28,031 bases of DNA from a virus (IMGVR_UViG_3300024310_000027:1-28031); one strand, 5' to 3'; positions 14,076-23,703 are shown, counted from the first letter of the stretch. A program made the numbers and translations. The notes: a model not told the origin generated them from the sequence alone.

Positions 14076-14412
14076 TGGATGCAGAGCACTGGTTCAATCA
14101 GGACGGTGCGAGCGCCATGCTGGCGAATACGAGAAGCAGAGGAACACAGATCCTATTCGATCGCTATACAGGACACACCGGTGGGTAACTACCAGGGCCC
14201 TCATCCTCAAGCGTGACCCACTCTGCAAGATAGGTATCAAGTGCGTAGAGAAGCACGGTCACAGGATGCCCAGCACAGACGCAGACCATAAACGCAGAGC
14301 ACGCGATGTGCATGACTTCTTTGACGTCAACAACCTGCAAGGCACATGCCATGCAGACCATAGTTTCAAGACAGCAAGTGAAGACGGCGGCTTTGGCAAC
14401 CAAACGAGGTAA
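14041..14412 (+). CDS. Terminase-associated HNH endonuclease (HK97 gp74-like position)
   Basis: C...GC..LV..GRC..H; LY.THRW...R..IL.RDPLC; DH; NLQGTC...HS.KT..EDGGFG; directly upstream of terS. Confidence 0.88.
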   Translation: MPSLPLRHCASSGCRALVQSGRCERHAGEYEKQRNTDPIRSLYRTHRWVTTRALILKRDPLCKIGIKCVEKHGHRMPSTDADHKRRARDVHDFFDVNNLQGTCHADHSFKTASEDGGFGNQTR

Positions 14413-14552
14413 GTGCTTTGTTATCAACAACCACCTACCCCGGGGCGGTCATTTTCTCTGGAAAAACTGGGACGAACGACCGCGTTCACTATGGCTCTGA
14501 AAATCCGCGAAATTAGGCGTGGTTTTTCAAACGACTGATACTAAACAGCTTA
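14410..14552. other. Putative cos packaging region
   Basis: Non-coding gap between HNH and terS with GCGGTC/GACCGC inverted repeat and flanking inverted TAAG-N3-TTT-N2-TATCAR boxes. Confidence 0.55.
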
Positions 14553-14564
14553 AACGAGACGAAA

Positions 14565-15092
14565 ATGCGTGGACGCAAGCCTAAACCGACATCGCGGCAG
14601 ATTTCAGAGGGTGATCCGCGCAAGAAGGGCGTTCACAAGCTGCAGGAAAAGCTGCTGAGTGAGCCGAATGCGAAGCGTGGTCTTCCGCCGTGCCCCGAGC
14701 ACCTAGACGGATTGGCAAAAACAGCCTACGACTTTTGGGCAAAAGAACTTTCCGACATGAGCCTGGACTGCAGTCCGGACGGAGTGATGCTCGAGGGAGC
14801 GTGTGTGGCATATGGGATGGCGGTTGAGGCCGACAACATCGTTAAAGAGCAGGGCGTAATCACCACAGACAAGTTTTACAAAGACGGAGAGTTGGTTTCA
14901 GAGAAGCAGAAGGCGCATCCGGCCGTTGCAGTAAGCAACGCAGCGTGGCGGCAGGTGAAGGCTTTCTGTTCCGAGTTCGGCCTTTCACCTGTAAGTCGCA
15001 CGCGATTGACGATCGAGAAGGGCAATTCGGAAGACAAAAACCTGTCCGACCTACTCAATCAGGAGCGACCAACAAGAAGTGCCGTTCAATAA
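14565..15092 (+). CDS. terS: Terminase small subunit, P27 family
   Basis: MRGRKPKPT...P.CPEHL...HPAV...EFGLSPVSRTRL. Confidence 0.93.
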   Translation: MRGRKPKPTSRQISEGDPRKKGVHKLQEKLLSEPNAKRGLPPCPEHLDGLAKTAYDFWAKELSDMSLDCSPDGVMLEGACVAYGMAVEADNIVKEQGVITTDKFYKDGELVSEKQKAHPAVAVSNAAWRQVKAFCSEFGLSPVSRTRLTIEKGNSEDKNLSDLLNQERPTRSAVQ

Positions 15093-16710
15093 GCAGAGTG
15101 CAGACGCTGCCTGCAACTTCTTCGAACTGGTTCTTAAGCACAGCGCAGACGAATGGTGGGGCAAACCGTTCATGTTGGCGCCATGGGAAGAAGAAGCCCT
15201 GTGTGCGATCTTTGGAAATCTCGACGATGAGGGCAACCGCATCATTGAGATGGCTTACTTGGAAGTTCCCAAGAAGCAAGGCAAGACGGAGTTTCTAGCC
15301 GGAATTCTGCTGTTCGTTTTGATCACCACCAAGACGCCTGGGTGCCAGTGTTATGGATCCGCAGCGGCTACTCGGCAGGCGATGAACGTCTACCGGGCGG
15401 CTTGCAAGATGGTCGAGCAATCGCCCTTGCTGAGTCGGCAGTTGCGCATCATGCGCGGTACGAACCGCATTGTGAAGCGCAGTGATCCGGATTCGTTCTA
15501 TGCGGCGGTGGCCGCAGATGGAGACTTTGGCGACGGCGTCAACCCAGCATTCACGGTGGCTGATGAGGTTCACCGGTGGAAGACGCGAAAGCAGATGGAG
15601 AACTGGGACGTTCTCTCCAAGGGTGGAATCACCCGCAAGCAGACGCTGACAATCGCGATCACGACGGCCGGTGTTCAGGACGAAAGTCCTCTCGCGTGGA
15701 TGCTGCACGAGAAGACGCGGAAGATCAAAGAAGGAATCGTCTCGGATGAGCGGTTCTATGGGCGTGTGTATGCCGCCGAACAAGGGGATGACCCGGGAAA
15801 GCCAGCGACGTGGATCAAAGCTTGTCCGTCGCTGATTGAAAACGGTGGCTTTCTCGACATCTCCAAGATCGAAAAAGAGTACACGAAGGCGGTCTCCGAG
15901 GGAGATCTCACCTCGTTTAAGCGTTACTTCCTAAACATTTGGGACCAGAAAGACGACCGCGCGATCGATATGGTCGCGTGGGACAAGGGCGCTGTTCAGT
16001 GGCAAGCAGAAGGGCTTCTCGAAAAGAAGCCTGAAGACGAAGTTCGGTCCTTCTCGCACGAATTCCTCAAGCGTTTCTTTGGCAGGAAGTGCTGGGCGGG
16101 CGTCGATCTTTCGATGACTACGGACATGACGTCTGTCGTGTTTCTGTTCCAAGTTGAAGGCAAGGACGAATACGAGGTATTGCCGTTCTTTTGGCTTCCA
16201 GACGCGAACCTGCGAAAGATGGAAGTCAGACTCTCGGTTCCGCTGAAGAAGTGGGCCGAGCAGGGATATATCGAACTGATACCGAACTCCAGAGTGATCG
16301 ACTACCGCGATGTGCAGAAGCGGTTGCGCTGGGGTGCATCGTTATTTGACCTGCAGGGCATTTATTGGGATCCGTGGAACTCGCGCCAGGCTTCGGTCGA
16401 CATGATCGAAGAAGGATTCAAGTGTGTTGAGGTTCGGCAAAACTACCAGAACCTGAACGAGCCGACGAAGAAGGTGTTGGAGCTCGTTGCGCGCGGCGGA
16501 TTGCATCACGGAAATCATCCGGTTCTGAAGTGGCACGCATCTTGCGCAGCCCTAGTTTCTGACAATCGAGACAACGTGATGTTTTCTAAGCCAGACAGGG
16601 CCAAGACTACCAAGCGGATTGACGGCATCGCGGCATTGGATGACGCGATGGTGGGCGCGATCGACAATCAGGGCGAGAAATACACCCAGCCGCTTTATTG
16701 GAGCGCATGA
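15079..16710 (+). CDS. terL: Terminase large subunit
   Basis: Walker A VPKKQGKT, Walker B VADEVH, ITTAG, GVDLSMTTD, RIDGIAA. Confidence 0.96.
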   Translation: MPFNKQSADAACNFFELVLKHSADEWWGKPFMLAPWEEEALCAIFGNLDDEGNRIIEMAYLEVPKKQGKTEFLAGILLFVLITTKTPGCQCYGSAAATRQAMNVYRAACKMVEQSPLLSRQLRIMRGTNRIVKRSDPDSFYAAVAADGDFGDGVNPAFTVADEVHRWKTRKQMENWDVLSKGGITRKQTLTIAITTAGVQDESPLAWMLHEKTRKIKEGIVSDERFYGRVYAAEQGDDPGKPATWIKACPSLIENGGFLDISKIEKEYTKAVSEGDLTSFKRYFLNIWDQKDDRAIDMVAWDKGAVQWQAEGLLEKKPEDEVRSFSHEFLKRFFGRKCWAGVDLSMTTDMTSVVFLFQVEGKDEYEVLPFFWLPDANLRKMEVRLSVPLKKWAEQGYIELIPNSRVIDYRDVQKRLRWGASLFDLQGIYWDPWNSRQASVDMIEEGFKCVEVRQNYQNLNEPTKKVLELVARGGLHHGNHPVLKWHASCAALVSDNRDNVMFSKPDRAKTTKRIDGIAALDDAMVGAIDNQGEKYTQPLYWSA

Positions 16711-16889
16711 AAACAGCTCTCAGGTTCATCATTGCGCACTTCTTTGACGTTCTTGGATTCGTGGCGATTCTTGCCATTGTTCACGGTGTTGCCATGATCC
16801 ACAAGCCGAGCGCATGGATTGTAGGCGGGTTTCTCACTCTAGCGTTCTCAGTGTTTGTTTCTTACTTCGAGGCGATGACTAAACAGTGA
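16707..16889 (+). CDS. Small two-helix membrane protein between terL and portal
   Basis: Two hydrophobic segments; coupled on both sides; position known from HK022-like phages. Confidence 0.75.
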   Translation: MKTALRFIIAHFFDVLGFVAILAIVHGVAMIHKPSAWIVGGFLTLAFSVFVSYFEAMTKQ

Positions 16890-18499
16890 GCCTACTTCAA
16901 AAAGCAATCAACGGCGCGATGCAGATCCGAGCCGATGCGACCGGTGTCCCTGGACCCGCTGACGACTATTGGTATAAGCAGGTAGGACAGGCATCGTCGA
17001 CGGGCATGAAGATCAGTCCGGAGTCAGCCAAGCGCATTGCTGCCGTACTGGCTTGCGTCTCGATCATCAGCCGAAACATCGCAAGCTTCCCACTGAAGCT
17101 TTATACGAATTCACCGGACGGCGGGCGCGCGGTTGCCGACAAGAATCCGGTTTACGACGTCCTGTATTCGACGCCGAACAACTTTCAGACAGCATACGAA
17201 TTCCGGCAGATGCTCCAAGGGCATCTCGAACTGCGTGGAAATGCTTACGCTGAGATACTTCCGGGGCGTCGCGGTGCGGTCGATCAGCTAATTCCGATGA
17301 ATCCCGACAAGGTGACGGTGTTCGTCGATAAACCGACCCGACAGCCTGTCTACAAATACGCCGACCCGTTGACGAATCAGACCCGCACGCTCGTACAAGA
17401 AGAGGTTTTTCACCTCAAGAGTTGGTCGGAGGATGGATACACCGGACAAAGCACGGTGCAGATGGCTGCAGATGTGTTTGGAACTGCGATGGCGGCACAG
17501 GATTACGCCGCGCGCTACTTCCGCAACGATGCAACGCCGCCGATCTACATCACTGGAGCGAAGTTCAAGAACGAGGAAGATGGCAAGACATTCCTCGAGA
17601 AATTCCGTCGTGATCAGACCGGCGCGAACCGTCACAAGACGGCAATGCTTCCAGAAGGGCTCGACATTAAGAGCCTTTCTATTACAGCGCAAGACGCGCA
17701 GCTTTTAGAGGCTCGTAAGTTCTCAAGAATTGAGATTTGCTCGCTGTTCCCGGTTCCTCCTCACATGATCGGAGAGACGGAAAAGACAGCCAGTTACGCA
17801 TCAGTCGAGCAGTTCAACATCATGTTCGCGATTCAGTGTCTCCTGCCCCGATTAGTGATGTGGGAACAGACCATTCAGCGCGATTTGATTCTGGACAAGA
17901 AGGTATTTCCGAAGTTCTCGATGGCGGCATTGCTCCGCGGCGACACTGCTGCGCGATTCAACGCCTACAAGATCGCAATCGAGAACGGTTGGATGTGCCA
18001 GGACGACGTCCGAATCCTCGAGGATATGAACCCGATTCCGAATGGAGAAGGCAAGCGCTTCTGGCGTCCATTGAACTGGGCTCCACTCGGACAAATCGAA
18101 GCGCCTACGACTCAAAACGACCCAACCGACCCTGCAGCGGGTGCCGCTCCTGATCCGCAAGCGCTCGCCGGCCGTCTTCGACTTCTGGCGTCATGCGCGG
18201 CCGAGCCGTGCGTCAAGAAGGAAGTAAACGAGTTGCGACGGCTGCATGATCGCTGCGAGACGAAAGAATTTAGCAATGCAGTAGGCGATTTCTATAAGAA
18301 ACACGCCAATTTCCTCGCCGATCGTATGCACTTACCGTTGCCAGTGGCGCAGGAATACTGCGAAATGAATGCCAACTGGGTCTCTGAGGCTGCGGATGCT
18401 GCGCAGATTGGAGCGTCAGCGGGAATCAATTTTGATCAGCTCTTGAACCAAGGGATGCAGTGGCTTGGAGAGAAAGCTGCGGAGGTCTCCGTTCAATGA
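16886..18499 (+). CDS. Portal protein, HK97 family, with C-terminal extension
   Basis: AVLACV..IS..IAS.PL, LRGNAY, DAQLLEARKFS..EI...F.VPPHMIG, LLRGD. Confidence 0.96.
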   Translation: MSLLQKAINGAMQIRADATGVPGPADDYWYKQVGQASSTGMKISPESAKRIAAVLACVSIISRNIASFPLKLYTNSPDGGRAVADKNPVYDVLYSTPNNFQTAYEFRQMLQGHLELRGNAYAEILPGRRGAVDQLIPMNPDKVTVFVDKPTRQPVYKYADPLTNQTRTLVQEEVFHLKSWSEDGYTGQSTVQMAADVFGTAMAAQDYAARYFRNDATPPIYITGAKFKNEEDGKTFLEKFRRDQTGANRHKTAMLPEGLDIKSLSITAQDAQLLEARKFSRIEICSLFPVPPHMIGETEKTASYASVEQFNIMFAIQCLLPRLVMWEQTIQRDLILDKKVFPKFSMAALLRGDTAARFNAYKIAIENGWMCQDDVRILEDMNPIPNGEGKRFWRPLNWAPLGQIEAPTTQNDPTDPAAGAAPDPQALAGRLRLLASCAAEPCVKKEVNELRRLHDRCETKEFSNAVGDFYKKHANFLADRMHLPLPVAQEYCEMNANWVSEAADAAQIGASAGINFDQLLNQGMQWLGEKAAEVSVQ

Positions 18500-19302
18500 A
18501 AAACAACACGATGATCATCGCGTCTGCATCCCCACTCCTCATTCCTGAAGCATGGAAACAGAAGTTCGCCGCTGCAGCGCGTCCGCTGGAAGTGCGCGCG
18601 GCCGGCGAGGAAGCAGAAATCCTCGTCTATGACCAAATCGGCGAAGGAATGTTCTCTTACGGCGTCACCGCAAAAGCTTTCGTGCAGATGTTGAAAGACA
18701 TCGGCAACAAGCCGGTGAATGTCCGTCTGAACTCGCCGGGCGGAGACGTATTCGAGGGAATGGCGATCTACAACGCGATGAAAGCCCATTCGGCACCGGT
18801 TCGCTGCACCGTCGACGGACTCGCGGCGTCCATTGCGTCGATTATCGCGATGGGCGGAACGACCTGCACGATGGCTGAGAACTCAATGATGATGATTCAC
18901 AACCCCTCGGCCATGACTTACGGCGAGGCGGGAGACCTTCGAAAGACCGCCGAATTGTTGGACAAGATCAAAGACCAGATGGTTGATACCTACGTCGCGA
19001 AATCTGGTATGGGAAAACGCGACACCGCAACCATGATGGACGAAGAATCATGGCTCACCGCGAAAGAATGCAAAGACAAAGGTCTCTGCGATGAAATCAC
19101 GGACGGATCTCAGGTAACTGCAAAGTTCGATTTCTCAATCCTCGGATTCAAGCACGTTCCCGAGCAGTTGAAAGCGGAAGAGAAGTCAGAGACCGAGCCC
19201 GAAGGCCCGACTCCAGAACAGATTGAAGAAGAGAAGCAGCGCATCGCTGCTGTGATCAATAACGATCAGTACCGCGAGCGCATGAAGTTAGCGCTTATCT
19301 AG
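18496..19302 (+). CDS. ClpP-type head maturation protease
   Basis: LNSPGGDVFEG, DGLAASIAS, MMIHNP, ESWLTA.E; ATGA-coupled start. Confidence 0.95.
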   Translation: MKNNTMIIASASPLLIPEAWKQKFAAAARPLEVRAAGEEAEILVYDQIGEGMFSYGVTAKAFVQMLKDIGNKPVNVRLNSPGGDVFEGMAIYNAMKAHSAPVRCTVDGLAASIASIIAMGGTTCTMAENSMMMIHNPSAMTYGEAGDLRKTAELLDKIKDQMVDTYVAKSGMGKRDTATMMDEESWLTAKECKDKGLCDEITDGSQVTAKFDFSILGFKHVPEQLKAEEKSETEPEGPTPEQIEEEKQRIAAVINNDQYRERMKLALI

Positions 19303-19412
19303 AGGAACACCCCAAAAATTTGCGTGGCCGTTGCCGCGATTGTTGCACCCCGTTACGGGCTCGTCCGTTGACGCGCTCAAGTGCGGGCTAAATCCATTTG
19401 AGGAAAACGAAT

Positions 19413-20687
19413 ATGAACAATATCAAGGCACTGCGCCAACGCGATCACGACTTGAAAGCCGAAGGCGAAGCCATTCTCGAAGCCTCCAAAGACCGTCTGT
19501 TCACTGCCGAAGAGCGGGCACGCCTGGATGCAATCAAGGCGGAACGCCAAACTGTCGGCGAAGACATCACTCGCGTTGAAGCCGTCATGGAAGGTCAGCG
19601 CCAAGCAGCCGCACAGGGCACCGCTGCCCGCGCATCGGCTTCAAACGAAGCCAAGCGCCCCTACGCCAACGTCGGCGAACAGCTTGTTGACGTGGTTAGG
19701 GCTGAACGCACAAAGCGTCCCTCCGAGCGCTTGCTCGAACTGAGCGCTGCAGCCTCTGGAGCCTCCGAAGGCGTTCCGGCAGACGGCGGATTCCTTGTTC
19801 AGCAGGACTTCTCGACTCAGTTGCTCGATAAGGCCTACGACACAGGCATTCTAGCCCGCAAGGTCACGCGCATTCCGATCAGCGCAAACTCGAACGGAAT
19901 CAAGTTGCCGTCGGTTGACGAAACCAGCCGTGCAACCGGTTCCCGTTGGGGCGGTGTGCAGGTTTACTGGGCTGCAGAAGCCGATGCCGCTACGGCCAAG
20001 AAGCCGAAGTTCAAGCGCATCGATCTGGAACTGAAGAAGCTTATCGGCTTGTTCTATGCAACCGATGAACTGATTCAGGATGCGGCTGCGCTCTCCGGTG
20101 TCGCCAACAAGGCGTTCCCCGAAGAATTCGGCTTCGTTCTCGATGACTCGATCATCCGTGGAAACGGTGCCGGTCAGCCTCTCGGTATCTACAACTCCAG
20201 CCCCTTGGTTGCGGTAGCCGCGGAAGCTGCACAGACCGCGACCACGGTGGTCGCTGCCAACGTCGTGAAGATGTTCGCTCGTATGCCTGCCCGCTTGCTG
20301 GGTGGCGCAGAGTGGTTCGTCAATCAGGACGTTCTTCCTCAGCTTCCGTTGATGACCATCGGACAGCAACCGATCTATCTCCCGCCGACTGGCTTCAAAG
20401 ACGCTCCGGTAAACGGAACGCTTTTGGGTCGTCCGGTAAACGTGATCGAGCAGTGCGAAACGCTCGGCACCCAGGGCGACATCATGTTCGCCAATCTCGG
20501 AGAGTACATCACTATCGACAAGGGCGGAATCAATGCCGACTCCTCGATGCACGTGCGCTTCCTGAACGACGAAATGACGTTCCGCTGGACCTATCGCGTA
20601 GACGGTCAGCCGGCGTGGTCGTCTGCTCTGACCCCGTACAAGGGATCGAACACGCTGTCACCGTTTGTTGTTCTCGCGGCCCGGTAA
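19413..20687 (+). CDS. Major capsid protein, HK97 fold
   Basis: GAGGA RBS; N-terminal coiled-coil delta domain; DGGFLV, G.G.GQPLGI, TLLGRPV, F....RVDG. Confidence 0.96.
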   Translation: MNNIKALRQRDHDLKAEGEAILEASKDRLFTAEERARLDAIKAERQTVGEDITRVEAVMEGQRQAAAQGTAARASASNEAKRPYANVGEQLVDVVRAERTKRPSERLLELSAAASGASEGVPADGGFLVQQDFSTQLLDKAYDTGILARKVTRIPISANSNGIKLPSVDETSRATGSRWGGVQVYWAAEADAATAKKPKFKRIDLELKKLIGLFYATDELIQDAAALSGVANKAFPEEFGFVLDDSIIRGNGAGQPLGIYNSSPLVAVAAEAAQTATTVVAANVVKMFARMPARLLGGAEWFVNQDVLPQLPLMTIGQQPIYLPPTGFKDAPVNGTLLGRPVNVIEQCETLGTQGDIMFANLGEYITIDKGGINADSSMHVRFLNDEMTFRWTYRVDGQPAWSSALTPYKGSNTLSPFVVLAAR

Positions 20688-20696
20688 CTCGGCAAT

Positions 20697-20720
20697 GAAG
20701 GGCTGAGAGATCAGCCCTTC
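20697..20720 (+). terminator. Hairpin after capsid gene (stabiliser or weak terminator)
   Basis: GAAGGGCTGA-GAGA-TCAGCCCTTC; poor U tract. Confidence 0.5.
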
Positions 20721-20749
20721 TCACTTCCATAGGAAAGGTACAAAAGAAA

Positions 20750-21232
20750 ATGTCAGTTCACGTAAATTCCGTTGCAAGCCAGAAAATCCTGTGGGCGAAC
20801 GAGCCGAAGAGTTACTCCGGTGCGGCGTCCACTGACAAATACGTTTCACTGAAGAACTACAAGCGACTCACCGCCATCATCCAGACGGGTGCATGGGCTG
20901 GTGGAACGGCTGCGGTCACGCTTAAACAGGCGACTGCGGTAGCAGGAACCAGCGCAAAGGCGCTGTCCTTCGCGAAGCAGTTCAACGATGTCACCACTTC
21001 CGGAACGCTGGTGGAGACCGCCGTTTCTTCTGACACGTTCACCATCGGAACCGCGAACAAGGTCTACGTCATTGAGATCGACGCCGAGCAGTTGGACGTC
21101 AACAATGGCTTCGACTGCGTTGCGGTCGACATCGCTTCGCCTGGTGCGAACGCCGACTTCTATGGCGTGACGTACATCCTGAGCGGTGCGCGTTACGCGC
21201 AGAGCACGCCTCCTTCTGCACTCGCTGACTAA
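20750..21232 (+). CDS. Putative capsid-associated/decoration protein
   Basis: Beta-rich Ala/Thr/Gly protein directly after the capsid gene; function inferred from position. Confidence 0.65.
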   Translation: MSVHVNSVASQKILWANEPKSYSGAASTDKYVSLKNYKRLTAIIQTGAWAGGTAAVTLKQATAVAGTSAKALSFAKQFNDVTTSGTLVETAVSSDTFTIGTANKVYVIEIDAEQLDVNNGFDCVAVDIASPGANADFYGVTYILSGARYAQSTPPSALAD

Positions 21233-21240
21233 CTCCCTTC

Positions 21241-21276
21241 CCGGTGGTGGCTTCGGCTACCACCGGCTTCTATTTT
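21241..21276 (+). terminator. Intrinsic terminator
   Basis: CCGGTGGTGGC-TTCG-GCTACCACCGG followed by CTTCTATTTT. Confidence 0.75.
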
Positions 21277-21298
21277 CGGTATTTTCGAGAGAATAAAT

Positions 21299-21565
21299 AT
21301 GAAAGTTCAGATTCTCAGTGGCAACGATGCTGGAGTTGTGAAGGATCTTCCGCAGACAGAAGCGGAAGTAGCGATCCAGACTGGATTCGCGCAGAAGTTC
21401 GAAGCAGTTCAGGCAATTATTTACGAAACAGAGCCCGTCCTTTCGACGATGCAGGAGAACGTAGTTGTTCTGAGTCGCGAAGAAATCGCCAAGGTGTTCT
21501 CCATCCCCGCCGATCAGTTAGGTCCTGTCGAATCGAGCACCGACACTCCAAAGGCTTCCGAGTAA
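21299..21565 (+). CDS. Hypothetical protein
   Basis: Open frame between terminator and adaptor gene. Confidence 0.65.
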   Translation: MKVQILSGNDAGVVKDLPQTEAEVAIQTGFAQKFEAVQAIIYETEPVLSTMQENVVVLSREEIAKVFSIPADQLGPVESSTDTPKASE

Positions 21566-21568
21566 TCA

Positions 21569-22426
21569 ATGTCCCTCGTCCTTGTCACAGCACCGACCGT
21601 TGAGCCCGTTTCGATAGCAGAGGCGAAGCTGCACGCTCGAATCATCACTGGCAATAATGCGACGAAAGCCATTACGGTGATCGAGCGCGCGTCCGGCGTG
21701 GTAACGGCGACCGCGACGGCACACGGACTTGTATCTGGAAACTTTGTTACCGTGCAGAACGTCCTCGACGGTTCGTTCAGTGGAGTGTTTCCAGTTTCGT
21801 CTGCTCCGGACGCCAACACGCTTCTATGGGCTCAATCTGGAGAAGATGCGACGTCGAGCGGCGGCACGCTGGCTCTTTCAGGGCCCGAAGATTTCAAGAT
21901 TCTCGACCTCATCAAGACGGCGCGCGAGTCAGTCGAGAACTACACGAACACGCAACTTATCACGCAGAAATGGCGTTGGTTGCGGAACGGCTTTTCGAAG
22001 CACGACGCACGATACGACGATGAAGGTCATGGCGGATTCTTCCTGCCCAATCCACCATTCCAAGAAATCACCCTGTTTCAGTATCGCGATACAGACGGCA
22101 ACCTCCAGACGCTGACTGCAGCAGAGGGCAGCGGCGACGTTTCTGGCGGTGGATACGGCTATCAGGTCGACGCGGGCGGTGGAATTCGACCGGCGCTTAT
22201 CCGACCGCCATATGTTGTGCCGTGGCCTCCGGTTCGCCACATCGTCAATAACGTGATCATCGAATTCATCTGCGGGTATGGAGATACGGCAGACACTGTG
22301 CCAGGCCAGCTCCGTCTCGCAATCATGGAAATGGTTTCCGACTGGTACTACAACCGTGAGCCGCGGGGCGTGATCAATTCCGACACCTGCGAAATGCTGA
22401 AAGATTATCGAAACCTGATTTCATAA
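21569..22426 (+). CDS. Head-tail adaptor (gp6-like) with inserted beta-rich domain
   Basis: P.VEPVSIAEAKLHARI, LI.TARE.VE.YT...LITQ.W, GYG..A..VP..LRLAI...V..WY.NRE. Confidence 0.88.
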   Translation: MSLVLVTAPTVEPVSIAEAKLHARIITGNNATKAITVIERASGVVTATATAHGLVSGNFVTVQNVLDGSFSGVFPVSSAPDANTLLWAQSGEDATSSGGTLALSGPEDFKILDLIKTARESVENYTNTQLITQKWRWLRNGFSKHDARYDDEGHGGFFLPNPPFQEITLFQYRDTDGNLQTLTAAEGSGDVSGGGYGYQVDAGGGIRPALIRPPYVVPWPPVRHIVNNVIIEFICGYGDTADTVPGQLRLAIMEMVSDWYYNREPRGVINSDTCEMLKDYRNLIS

Positions 22427-22791
22427 TGCCGATCAACAACGAGTTCCGCCCGGGTGACCTCTATCACGTCATCAGGATTGAAAAACCGTCGACAACGCAA
22501 GACGACCTTGGACGGTCTTCCGGTTGGGAAACTTTCGTCGACAATGTTCCTGCGAACGTCGAAGACTCCAGCGGGCGCGAGGCGTATCAAGCCGGGCAGC
22601 GGTTTGCAGATTCGGTCACTCACGTCGTGCGGATGCCGTACATCGCAGGGGTTGAAGGCAAGATGCGAGTTGTTTGGGCGGATCCGATTCAGCTTGTCGA
22701 TCGCTATCTTGAGATTCAAGTTGCCTTAAATCCCGACAAAAAGCGCGTTGAACATCGTCTCTACTGCCTTGAAAGCGTGACCAATACCTAA
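22426..22791 (+). CDS. Head-closure protein (SPP1 gp16-like)
   Basis: PGDL.H.I.IE.P....D..G....W...A.VE..SGRE; position. Confidence 0.85.
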   Translation: MPINNEFRPGDLYHVIRIEKPSTTQDDLGRSSGWETFVDNVPANVEDSSGREAYQAGQRFADSVTHVVRMPYIAGVEGKMRVVWADPIQLVDRYLEIQVALNPDKKRVEHRLYCLESVTNT

Positions 22792-23204
22792 TGTTTAACG
22801 TTAACGTCGCGTTCCGGCAGTGGCTTATCAGCGAGACCACGCTTACCGATCTCGTTCCGGCCGCGCACATCGTCGAAGGAGATTTACCGCAAGGCGCGAA
22901 CCCGGGAGCAGGCGAGCGGTGGATCACGTTCAGGCCTATGCCCGGCGGCGGACATCCGGAGATTAGAGACTACGTCGAGCAGGTGTTTCACGTCGTGTTT
23001 TGGGCGAAGAAGGAAGGCAATCTTCAGGTTCAAGAAGCGTACTTATCGCTCCGTGACCTCGTTTATGCCGTGCTGATGAATTCAGTCGACGAAGCAACGA
23101 TATTGTGTGCGGAGGAAGTTCTGAGCCTTCAAGACGTGAGCGATTCAAGCGCCGAGTGGGCGATGGGAATCGCTGATTTCCAAGTCAAGATGCGAGCTAA
23201 CTAA
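22791..23204 (+). CDS. Putative tail terminator/completion protein
   Basis: L....L..LV...I..GDLPQ...ITF pattern; size and position. Confidence 0.6.
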   Translation: MFNVNVAFRQWLISETTLTDLVPAAHIVEGDLPQGANPGAGERWITFRPMPGGGHPEIRDYVEQVFHVVFWAKKEGNLQVQEAYLSLRDLVYAVLMNSVDEATILCAEEVLSLQDVSDSSAEWAMGIADFQVKMRAN

Positions 23205-23206
23205 TC

Positions 23207-23653
23207 ATGCCGCTCAAGGCGATCGTCGACACGACCTCGGATGATATTGGATTCAAAGCTTCCGTGGCGACTGGCTTCGCCGAGAAATTCTACGAAGCGG
23301 CCGTTCAGGCCACGCACGAGGTATTTGAACAGAACATTCTCCCCGCGGCGAAGGCTGGGAGTCCGGTTCACTCCGGAAAGAACAGAGACTCAATCGCAGT
23401 CAGTTTTCGCCAACGCCTCGAAACGTTTTGGGTGTCGGCGTGGCTCTTTACTCAGTCCGGATACGGATGGCTGATAGAGCACGGAACTTCGCACGACCGG
23501 AAGTTGACGCGCATGAAGGTAAAGCAGCGCAAAGGCAAAGTCCCTGTGAACGATAGGACGCGAGCGCAGCCTTATATCTATCCGGCCATACAGAAATTCG
23601 TTGGAAGAATTCCGGAGCGCGCGAGAGACATTTTCGCAAAGCTCATGCAGTAA
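23207..23653 (+). CDS. HK97 gp10-like neck/tail component
   Basis: SPVHSGKNRDSI, YG.LIEHGT, AQPYIYPA. Confidence 0.85.
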   Translation: MPLKAIVDTTSDDIGFKASVATGFAEKFYEAAVQATHEVFEQNILPAAKAGSPVHSGKNRDSIAVSFRQRLETFWVSAWLFTQSGYGWLIEHGTSHDRKLTRMKVKQRKGKVPVNDRTRAQPYIYPAIQKFVGRIPERARDIFAKLMQ

Positions 23654-23676
23654 CTGAATTTCAGATCGACGCAAAC

Positions 23677-23703
23677 AAGCCGCCTACGGGCGGCTTTTCT
23701 GTT
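23677..23703 (+). terminator. Intrinsic terminator-like hairpin
   Basis: AAGCCGCC-TACG-GGCGGCTT followed by TTCTGTT. Confidence 0.7.
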
